IMG/VR virus record: IMGVR_UViG_2740892258_000007
DNA length: 7,686 bases
Source of the DNA: a virus
Lineage: Duplodnaviria > Heunggongvirae > Uroviricota > Caudoviricetes
Strand: one strand, 5' to 3'
Within the stretch, counting starts at the first letter, position 1. Each line of letters starts with the position of its first letter. Made by a program: the position numbers and the translations under genes. The notes below the pieces were generated by a model, which ran no database searches, was not told where the DNA came from, and saw nothing but the letters and a program-made list of their open reading frames with translations. Below are positions 1 to 5,612 of the stretch, one piece after another.

Positions 1-1
1 G

Positions 2-85
2 GCATTTGAAGAGATGTATGGCTCCCAGCTGGAGCTGATATTTCGTTTTATCGATCATGCGCTGGCAATAGGCGTACTGGCGTAA
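2..85 (+). CDS. 3' end of an upstream gene (partial, C-terminal ~27 codons, ...SQLELIFRFIDHALAIGVLA-stop)
   Basis: Open frame running in from the window edge to TAA at 83-85; 13 bp before the SD/ATG of the next gene. No family recognised. Confidence 0.3.
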   Translation, partial: AFEEMYGSQLELIFRFIDHALAIGVLA

Positions 86-98
86 GTGGAGAACGAGC

Positions 99-851
99 AT
101 GAACCTTGAAGCCTTACCAAAATATTACTCCCCAAAATCTCCAAAATTGAGCGATGACGCACCGGCGACAGGCTCAGGTGGTTTAACGATTACGGATGTG
201 ATGGCTGCGCAGGGGATGGTGCAGTCGAAAGCACCGCTTGGGTTTGCCTTATTCCTGGCAAAAGTTGGTGTTCAGGATCCTCAGTTTGCGATTGAAGGTC
301 TGCTCAATTACGCGATGGCAATGGATAACCCGACATTGAACAAATTGAGTGAAGAAACCCGGTTACAGATCATCCCTTACCTTGTGAGTTTTGCCTTTGC
401 TGATTATTCCAGGTCTGCGGCAAGTAAGGCTCGCTGTGAGCATTGTGCTGGTACTGGATTTCATAGTGTATTGCGCGAAGTGGTGAAACACTCCAGAAGC
501 GGGGAATCTGTTATCAAGGAAGAGTGGGTGAAGGAATTATGTCAGCATTGCCATGGTAAGGGAGAAGTCAGCACGGCTTGCAGAGGGTGTAAGGGTAAAG
601 GCATTGTCCTGGATGAAAAAAGAACCCGGCTTCATGGCGCGCCTGTTTATAAGATTTGTGGGCGTTGCAATGGAAACCGGTTTAGTCGTTTACCGACCAC
701 ACTGGCACGACGTCATGTCCAGAAGCTGGTACCAGACCTGACTGATTATCAGTGGTACAAAGGATATGCAGACGTCATTGATAAACTGGTAACAAAGTGC
801 TGGCAGGAAGAAGCATTCGCTGAAGCACAATTGAGAAAGGTGACGAGATAA
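99..851 (+). CDS. Q: Late-gene antitermination protein Q (250 aa, QuuQ-like as recalled) with four CxxCxGxG zinc-finger repeats
   Basis: GGAG 8 nt upstream of ATG 99. Four repeats CEHCAGTG, CQHCHGKG, CRGCKGKG, CGRCNGNR. Sits immediately upstream of a promoter plus intrinsic terminator (883-989) followed by morons and lysis genes, the canonical Q/pR'/tR' layout. N-terminus MNLEALPKYYSPKSPKLSDD matches my recollection of E. coli prophage Q homologs; not search-verified. Confidence 0.65.
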   Translation: MNLEALPKYYSPKSPKLSDDAPATGSGGLTITDVMAAQGMVQSKAPLGFALFLAKVGVQDPQFAIEGLLNYAMAMDNPTLNKLSEETRLQIIPYLVSFAFADYSRSAASKARCEHCAGTGFHSVLREVVKHSRSGESVIKEEWVKELCQHCHGKGEVSTACRGCKGKGIVLDEKRTRLHGAPVYKICGRCNGNRFSRLPTTLARRHVQKLVPDLTDYQWYKGYADVIDKLVTKCWQEEAFAEAQLRKVTR

Positions 852-882
852 GTGATTTTCACCGAAGATGGCGACATGATGC

Positions 883-911
883 TTGCATTTCTCAAAAAAT
901 ATGGATAAGAT
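883..911 (+). promoter_or_regulatory. pR'-like late promoter candidate (-35 TTGCAT 883-888, 17-bp spacer, -10 TAAGAT 906-911)
   Basis: Sigma70-like hexamers with 17-bp spacing, 30 bp after the Q stop and about 45 bp before a strong intrinsic terminator, as expected for pR' with its Q-utilisation region. Confidence 0.4.
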
Positions 912-957
912 TTTCCCAACGATGGGCTTTGTATGTCTACCGTTGATGAGTCCAAGA

Positions 958-989
958 ACCCGCCGCCGAGCGGGTTAAATTATTTTTTC
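958..989 (+). terminator. tR'-like intrinsic terminator
   Basis: Stem aacccgc (958-964) / gcgggtt (971-977), loop cgccga, followed by aaattatttttt. Confidence 0.6.
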
Positions 990-1005
990 TTACACGGGGA
1001 TATGG

Positions 1006-1536
1006 ATGTTATACCGAGATCTTTTGCCTATTTTCTCAGAAAGACCCATATTTAAAGCTCCTGAGGCTGAAAGAATACTTCGTGAGCAATATTCTATCGC
1101 CGCCCCCACTCCTGTAATTCAGGAGATTTATTATGGATTGGCAGGTTATGACAGATTTCAGGAGCTTTATGGGGATCTTAATATTGACCAAATCGAATGG
1201 AAATTGATTGAACTTCCCACTAAAAATTTTTTAACTATCGGGGATAATGCTACTTACCCTGATTTTTTGCATGAGGTCGTTGAAGATTTCACAACCCGTA
1301 AAGGCGATGTATTTATGGATGATGAAATAAAAGCGCATTGGTGTAATTTTGGCACATGGTGTGAACCTCCATTTTTTATAGATCGAGCTTTGCTGAAAAG
1401 TAATACAACAGGGCTTCATTTAATGGAAGGGCATACAAGAGTTGGAACCCTGTTAGGGGCAGTTAAGTATAACTTCGTTAAGCTTGCTAATACTCATAAA
1501 ATTTATTATGCGCAAGCAAAAGAATGTATTAAATAA
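1006..1536 (+). CDS. Hypothetical 176-aa protein, AT-rich moron; possible ParB/Srx-like fold (weak)
   Basis: GGGGA 5 nt before ATG 1006; uninterrupted ORF; clearly more AT-rich than the flanking Q and methyltransferase genes; followed by an intrinsic terminator. Segment PPFFID...TGLHLMEGHTRVGTLLGAV loosely resembles the strand-DGHxR-helix core of ParB/sulfiredoxin domains. Confidence 0.55.
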   Translation: MLYRDLLPIFSERPIFKAPEAERILREQYSIAAPTPVIQEIYYGLAGYDRFQELYGDLNIDQIEWKLIELPTKNFLTIGDNATYPDFLHEVVEDFTTRKGDVFMDDEIKAHWCNFGTWCEPPFFIDRALLKSNTTGLHLMEGHTRVGTLLGAVKYNFVKLANTHKIYYAQAKECIK

Positions 1537-1572
1537 GTTGAGTGAAATTACTGTTTTTTTTTAACAATACTT

Positions 1573-1595
1573 ACCGCGTTCTCGCGGTTTTTTTA
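1573..1595 (+). terminator. Intrinsic terminator after the 176-aa ORF
   Basis: accgcg (1573-1578) / cgcggt (1583-1588), loop ttct, then a run of 7 T. Confidence 0.6.
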
Positions 1596-1717
1596 TAAAT
1601 TAAACATTGGTGCAGTACGGTAAACACGCTGGTGGTCGTGAATACTGACTTTTTATCTTGCTGGCTTTTTAGACAAGAGTTATTGGTATGTCATGTTAAC
1701 CATGAAGGTAAAAAGAC

Positions 1718-1912
1718 ATGCTAAAACAGCAAGATATGACAGAAACGGCGAAAGTTGTTTTTAATGAATTAAACGGCAAACCGGCAACAGTCGGGGAGAT
1801 AGCACAAAACACATACCTTTCACGCGAACGCTGTCAGTTAATACTGACCCAGCTGGTTATGGCGGGGCTGGCAGATTACCAGTTCGGCTGTTACAGACGC
1901 CTTCAGCAATGA
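1718..1912 (+). CDS. Small winged-helix DNA-binding protein, PapI/FaeA-like (64 aa)
   Basis: Pattern ...NELNGKPATVGEIAQNTYLSRERCQLILTQLVMAGLADY aligns by eye with the PapI core (...[32 protein letters not shown]...). Size typical of the family. AAGG about 10 nt upstream of the ATG. Confidence 0.45.
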   Translation: MLKQQDMTETAKVVFNELNGKPATVGEIAQNTYLSRERCQLILTQLVMAGLADYQFGCYRRLQQ

Positions 1913-2061
1913 AGGGCTTTTAATTTGTGAAAATGGGCGGCTGGTGGGTGTTGGTAGCACCTGCCAGCCATTCGCTCATGCTTACTGGTCACAAGCGAAC
2001 CATGGCCCACTGCTTTAGCGCAAAAGCAGAGTGAGCCTACCAGAGTTACGCTTACTGATCC

Positions 2062-3123
2062 ATGAAAAACACTGTAAAAATAAACAGTATTGATTTAATC
2101 AACGCTGATTGCCTGCATTTTATTCAGTCCCTGCCTGATGATTCCATTGACCTGATTGTTACCGATCCGCCTTACTTCAAGGTGAAACCCAACGGTTGGG
2201 ACAATCAGTGGAAAGGGGACGAAGATTACCTTAAGTGGCTGGACCACTGTCTGGCCCAGTTCTGGCGGGTGTTGAAACCTGCCGGAAGCCTTTACCTGTT
2301 CTGTGGGCATCGCCTGGCATCTGATATTGAGATCATGATGCGTGAACGTTTCAACGTGCTTAACCATATCATCTGGGCGAAGCCGTCCGGACGTTGGAAT
2401 GGGTGTAATAAAGAAAGTCTGCGCGCATATTTTCCTGCCACAGAGCGCGTTCTGTTTGCTGAACATTACCGGGGGCCATATCGCGGCAAAAGTGACGGCT
2501 ATGTGGCAAAAGAAAGGGAACTCAAACAGCACATAATGGCACCGCTGATATCGTATTTCAGGGATGCTCGTGCCGAACTGGGTATAACGGCAAAACAAAT
2601 TGCCGAAGCCACAGGTAAGAAAAATATGGTTTCCCACTGGTTTGGTGCCAGTCAGTGGCAGTTGCCGAATGAGGCTGACTACCGGAAGTTACAGGCACTG
2701 TTTTCCCGTATAGCGGCAGAGAAGTTTCAGGAACAACAACTGGAACAACCACACCACCAGTTGGTGGCATCTTATGATTCACTGAATCGCAAATATTCTG
2801 AATTGCTGGATGAGTTTAAATCTCTCCGGCGCTATTTCTCCGTATCAGTCTCCGTGCCTTATACCGATGTCTGGATGCATAAACCCGTTCAGTTCTACCC
2901 GGGTAAACATCCGTGTGAGAAACCGGCGGATATGCTCAGGCAAATAATCAATGCCAGTAGTCGACCCGGCGATCTGGTTGCTGATTTCTTTATGGGATCC
3001 GGTTCCACAATAAAAGCAGCAATGGCGCTGGGGCGTCGGGCGTTAGGTGTTGAGCTTGAGACAGAGCGGTTTAATCAGACCATCCAGGAAATCAGTATGT
3101 TATCAGCAAATACAATTTTGTGA
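2062..3123 (+). CDS. Orphan DNA methyltransferase, beta-class N6-adenine/N4-cytosine family (DPPY motif, probably N6-adenine), 353 aa
   Basis: Motif IV DPPY near the N-terminus (LIVTDPPYF) and AdoMet motif I near the C-terminus (DFFMGSGST), the circular permutation typical of beta-class enzymes. No restriction endonuclease partner in the window. Weak SD. Confidence 0.85.
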   Translation: MKNTVKINSIDLINADCLHFIQSLPDDSIDLIVTDPPYFKVKPNGWDNQWKGDEDYLKWLDHCLAQFWRVLKPAGSLYLFCGHRLASDIEIMMRERFNVLNHIIWAKPSGRWNGCNKESLRAYFPATERVLFAEHYRGPYRGKSDGYVAKERELKQHIMAPLISYFRDARAELGITAKQIAEATGKKNMVSHWFGASQWQLPNEADYRKLQALFSRIAAEKFQEQQLEQPHHQLVASYDSLNRKYSELLDEFKSLRRYFSVSVSVPYTDVWMHKPVQFYPGKHPCEKPADMLRQIINASSRPGDLVADFFMGSGSTIKAAMALGRRALGVELETERFNQTIQEISMLSANTIL

Positions 3124-3365
3124 ATTAATTCAATTATTGGTGGGATGTCTGTGCCGTATAATGATTACAGATACAGTGTATCCTGCAATGCAGCAGGGCT
3201 GATGTGGTGGGTTGTACATAGCCTGCAAAGGATTGGCTTCATTAATTCATCGTTGATACAAGCGAGTCACGGTTGACCACGCCAACGGCTCATCGGTAAA
3301 AATCCGACACCGTGTCTTCTTAACTCACTTATTGTTTCCACCCATGTTTTTGGATACCTGCTGTA

Positions 3366-3404
3366 GCTGTCAGATTAGCGCGATAATCTGACAGCTTTTT
3401 TTTT
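3366..3404 (+). terminator. Strong intrinsic terminator
   Basis: 11-bp perfect stem gctgtcagatt (3366-3376) / aatctgacagc (3385-3395), loop agcgcgat, followed by 9 T. Confidence 0.65.
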
Positions 3405-3565
3405 ACAACGAATCCTTCTGATCTGCTTTTGCGGGGCTTTTTTGTATCCGCTCCATGCCCGGCGTATAAGCGGAGGTTGGTCAGTTTTCTAAAAATTGAA
3501 ATACCTCACAATTCAGCCAGTTAATGGTTGTTTGTCTGGCGAAGAGTTTGTAAATAAAAAAACGC

Positions 3566-3720
3566 ATGGTGAATCCCCCTAAGCGGCGGGGCGAATCAGC
3601 AGTCAGTTCTGGGATAATCGCGGGTTCGTATGCTGATGCCGGACTCACCGGGAGGCACCCGGCACCATGCATCATGGTCATCCCCTTGTATGATACCCCT
3701 CTCCGGAGGGGTATTTTTTG
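3566..3720 (+). ncRNA. Candidate structured small RNA (~155 nt) ending at an intrinsic terminator
   Basis: GC-rich block with no credible ORF. Long-range closing stem gcatggtg (3564-3571) / caccatgc (3665-3672); internal hairpin ccggg-aggca-cccgg; terminator with 9-bp stem atacccctc (3693-3701) / gaggggtat (3706-3714) plus T5. Weak promoter candidate upstream (-35 TTGTCT 3532-3537, -10 TAAAAA 3555-3560). Confidence 0.3.
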
Positions 3721-3721
3721 G

Positions 3722-3790
3722 ATAAAAAAGCCCGCGCTGGGAGGCACGGGCGGCAAGGAATAAAACGTGAAGAAATTTTCACAGGCGCAT
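3722..3790 (-). ncRNA. Candidate short minus-strand transcript (~60 nt) with its own intrinsic terminator
   Basis: On the minus strand: -35 TTGCAA, 18-bp spacer, -10 TATTAT (reverse complement of about 3786-3820), then hairpin gtgaa/ttcac (3776-3791), then terminator hairpin gcccg...cgggc (3730-3754) followed by 6 U (forward A-run 3724-3729). It lies back-to-back with the plus-strand terminator at 3693-3720. Confidence 0.25.
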
Positions 3791-3988
3791 AATAATCCGA
3801 TGTTGCCAGATTTTGCAACTGCATCATCTGGTTATTATGTGAGCTGGAAAATCAGATTCTGTATGGACTGAAGCCATGCTGTTATTTAGGGCCAAAGAGC
3901 TGGCTTTTTCCCGCCTTCTCTCCAGTAACGATTAATGAGAAAAGAATGAAATGCTTTTCCTGGGGAGGAGGGCAGTAGAAAAAAGAAC

Positions 3989-4043
3989 CCGCCAGCAAAA
4001 ATATGGGGGATGAACAGCTTTTGCTACTCAGGTTGCTGGCGGG
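3989..4043. repeat. 11-bp perfect inverted repeat with an internal competing repeat (possible alternative hairpins)
   Basis: cccgccagcaa (3989-3999) pairs with ttgctggcggg (4033-4043); the loop contains ttttgct (4017-4023), which can alternatively pair with agcaaaa (3995-4001). Confidence 0.4.
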
Positions 4044-4151
4044 TATGGTTCTTCATGAAATAAGAATGTTACGCGGTATTTTTAATGAAAATGATAATTA
4101 TTGTCAATTGGTTGTGCGTATTTTTTCATACATGACTGGTAAAGGTGATTC

Positions 4152-4187
4152 AGGCCATCAGAGTTTTGCTGATGGCCTTTTTTCTTT
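4152..4187 (+). terminator. Intrinsic terminator about 30 nt upstream of the pinholin start
   Basis: 10-bp stem aggccatcag (4152-4161) / ctgatggcct (4169-4178), loop agttttg, T-run 4178-4183. Confidence 0.55.
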
Positions 4188-4216
4188 CCGGTAGCACAGG
4201 TCTGTTGGGGCGGGAT

Positions 4217-4432
4217 ATGTATCAGATGGAAAAAATATCAACAGGCATTGCCTACGGCACCTCCGCAGGCAGTGCTGGCTACTGGTTTTTACAATGGCTT
4301 GATCAGGTTAGTCCGTCTCAGTGGGCTGCGATTGGTGTACTGGGAAGTCTGGTTCTGGGCTTTCTGACTTATCTGACGAATCTGTACTTCAAAATCAGAG
4401 AAGACAGAAGAAAGGCTGCGAGAGGAGAGTAA
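4217..4432 (+). CDS. S: Pinholin, phage 21 S21 family (71 aa, dual-start MYQMEK)
   Basis: Translation [71 protein letters not shown] is near-identical to S21 as I recall it. Two transmembrane domains, charged C-terminus, Met1/Met4 dual start. The longer listed ORF 4145-4432 is an upstream extension across the terminator hairpin and is not the real start. Confidence 0.85.
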   Translation: MYQMEKISTGIAYGTSAGSAGYWFLQWLDQVSPSQWAAIGVLGSLVLGFLTYLTNLYFKIREDRRKAARGE

Positions 4433-4436
4433 TATA

Positions 4437-4781
4437 ATGGTCCAAAACTATGAAATGATTGTGAAAGGGATCCGCAATTTTGAGAATAAAGTTACGGTAA
4501 CTTTAGCATTACAGGACAAAGAACGCTTTGACGGTGAAATTTTTGACCTGGACATCTCGCTGGACCGTGTTGAAGGTGCCGCGCTGGAGTTTTATGAGGC
4601 AGCAGCCAGAAGGAGCATCAGACAGGTCTTCCTGGATGTTGCTGCCGGGTTATGTGGAGGGGATGAGCAGTCGCCGGAAAAGCGCCCCATAATTTTAGAG
4701 GCGCAGAGTGTGTGGATAACCTACAAAGGAAAACTGCCGGGAAGAATTACTGGTTCACTGAAGACTCCGCCGAAATGGTAA
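4437..4781 (+). CDS. orfA, hypothetical 114-aa acidic soluble protein in the slot normally occupied by the endolysin
   Basis: SD GAGGAGAG inside the 3' end of S, 7 nt before ATG 4437, so translationally coupled to the pinholin. A second copy (5356-5612) differs at about 12 nt with only 3 amino-acid changes, indicating purifying selection. No family recognised. Confidence 0.6.
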   Translation: MVQNYEMIVKGIRNFENKVTVTLALQDKERFDGEIFDLDISLDRVEGAALEFYEAAARRSIRQVFLDVAAGLCGGDEQSPEKRPIILEAQSVWITYKGKLPGRITGSLKTPPKW

Positions 4782-5019
4782 TTTCACCAGCATATTTTTC
4801 CTCCAGTAATACCGCCAGCCACTTGAAAGAATTTTGTTGTTGCTGGGACCATTTGGGATTGATTGATTCAAGCTGGAGCGATGCCAGTGTTGGTTGCATT
4901 TGTTCCTTGGGAATTGAGAATGCCAGATATGAAAATGCGACAGCAAGGGCATTTACATCATCCCGAAGCCTGGAAATGCAGTCGAGCAACTCCTGTAGAG
5001 AAATGGTGCTATTGTCCAT
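4747..5019 (-). CDS. orfB, hypothetical 90-aa protein, convergent with and 3'-overlapping orfA by 35 bp
   Basis: Minus-strand ATG at 5019-5017 preceded by AGAGAGGA with 7-nt spacing; an intact paralogue with the same RBS at 5578-5850. Helical-looking N-terminus (MDNSTISLQELLDCISRLRDDVNAL). The ORF track's 92-aa version starts at an upstream TTG; ATG is preferred. Confidence 0.45.
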   Translation of the reverse strand: MDNSTISLQELLDCISRLRDDVNALAVAFSYLAFSIPKEQMQPTLASLQLESINPKWSQQQQNSFKWLAVLLEEKYAGEITISAESSVNQ

Positions 5020-5124
5020 AAACAATCCTCTCTATTGTATTTAACTATTCCTTGCCTGATTCAACAGGCCGGGACAGATAAACATATCCAGGGTTCAGAA
5101 ACCGATAAATCCTGATAAATATCC

Positions 5125-5355
5125 ATGAACGCAAAAATCAGATACAGCCTGTCGGCTACTGTACTAGTGCTGATTGGTGCAGGCGCGTCTGCTCCTCAAA
5201 TACTTGACCAGTTTCTGGACGAAAAAGAAGGTAACCACACAACGGCATACCGTGATGGTTCCGGCATCTGGACCATCTGTCGGGGTGCCACGATGGTGGA
5301 TGGAAAACCCGTTTTTCCCGGTATGAAACTGTCGAAGGAAAAATGCGACCAGGTC
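5125..5355 (+). pseudogene. Endolysin 5' fragment R' (first 77 codons: SAR domain and E-D-T catalytic region), then out of frame into the orfA copy
   Basis: Codons 1-77 match the R N-terminus (5 amino-acid differences); after KCDQV the frame runs into orfA-derived sequence, giving a 55-aa junk tail and a stop at 5521-5523. Confidence 0.75.
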
Positions 5356-5612
5356 GCTTTGACGGTGAAATTTTTGACCTGGACATCTCGCTGGACCGTG
5401 TTGAAGGTGCTGCGCTGGAGTTTTATGAGGCAGCGGCCAGAAGGAGCATCAGACAGGTCTTCCTGGATGTCGCTGCCGGGTTATGTGAAGGGGATGAGCA
5501 GTCGCCGGAAAAGCGCCCCGTAATTTTAGAGGCGCAGAATGTATGGATAACCTACAAAGGAAAGCTACCGGGAAGGATTACTGGTTCCCTGAAGACTCCG
5601 CCGAAATGGTAG
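5343..5612 (+). CDS. orfA second copy, lacking the first 29 codons; possible re-initiation at a fortuitous ATG 5343 (AAGGA 5 nt upstream, within the R' fragment)
   Basis: In-frame homolog of orfA residues 30-114 with 3 amino-acid changes (G to E, I to V, S to N) and about 8 synonymous changes. Whether it is expressed is unknown. Confidence 0.35.
   Translation: MRPGRFDGEIFDLDISLDRVEGAALEFYEAAARRSIRQVFLDVAAGLCEGDEQSPEKRPVILEAQNVWITYKGKLPGRITGSLKTPPKW

Larger units (their letters stand above)
4525..5355. repeat. Tandem duplication, copy 1 (831 bp: 3' part of orfA, orfB, intergenic control region, first 231 nt of endolysin)
   Basis: Collinear with 5356-6186 at roughly 90% identity by manual alignment; junction caggtc|gctttgac at 5355/5356. 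Confidence 0.85.

Noticed and set aside
553-955. ORFs 553-741 (+) and 749-955 (-) around the Q gene and the pR' region
   Set aside because: The first is an alternative frame inside Q; the second runs antisense across the Q 3' end and the pR' promoter. Neither has an RBS or protein-like composition.
1231-1419. 62-aa minus-strand ORF inside the 176-aa AT-rich gene
   Set aside because: Antisense to a well-supported ORF with SD; AT-rich sequence yields chance open frames.
2095-2637. 180-aa minus-strand ORF, plus 2342-2536 (+) and 2558-2782 (-), inside the methyltransferase gene
   Set aside because: Fully nested in or antisense to a gene with clear methyltransferase motifs; no RBS, and the translations are Cys/His/Arg-rich with no domain signature. 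Shadow ORFs.
3560-3700. Possible tRNA gene or remnant (tRNAs often lie between Q and the lysis genes in Stx phages)
   Set aside because: No GTTCGAATC-type T-loop with a matching 7-bp acceptor stem was found; gggttcgtatgc at about 3647 does not fit a cloverleaf.
3481-3763. ORFs 3481-3756 (-) and 3566-3763 (+) over the GC-rich structured block
   Set aside because: They overlap each other on opposite strands, span two terminator hairpins, lack RBSs and are Pro/Gly/Arg-rich as expected from GC-rich non-coding sequence. The region is better explained as RNA structure.
4003-4194. 63-aa plus-strand ORF upstream of the pinholin
   Set aside because: Start codon lies in the loop of an 11-bp inverted repeat with no SD, and the ORF runs through the 4152-4187 terminator; the peptide has no recognisable features.
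4145-4216. N-terminal extension of the pinholin ORF (track start at 4145)
   Set aside because: The extension crosses the terminator hairpin; the family start MYQMEK at 4217 has a G-rich SD-like sequence 6 nt upstream.
4712-5044. 110-aa plus-strand ORF (and 5708-5890) overlapping orfB, and minus-strand ORFs 4755-4952 and 5565-5783
   Set aside because: The plus-frame product is Ser/Cys-rich and low-complexity with no RBS; the alternative minus frames lack RBSs. The minus-strand 90-aa frame has a conserved RBS and looks more protein-like. The unusual multi-frame openness is kept as an observation.
5125-5523. 132-aa ORF read as an intact gene
   Set aside because: Only the first 77 codons are endolysin; the remainder is orfA sequence read out of frame after the duplication junction. 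Treated as a pseudogene fragment.
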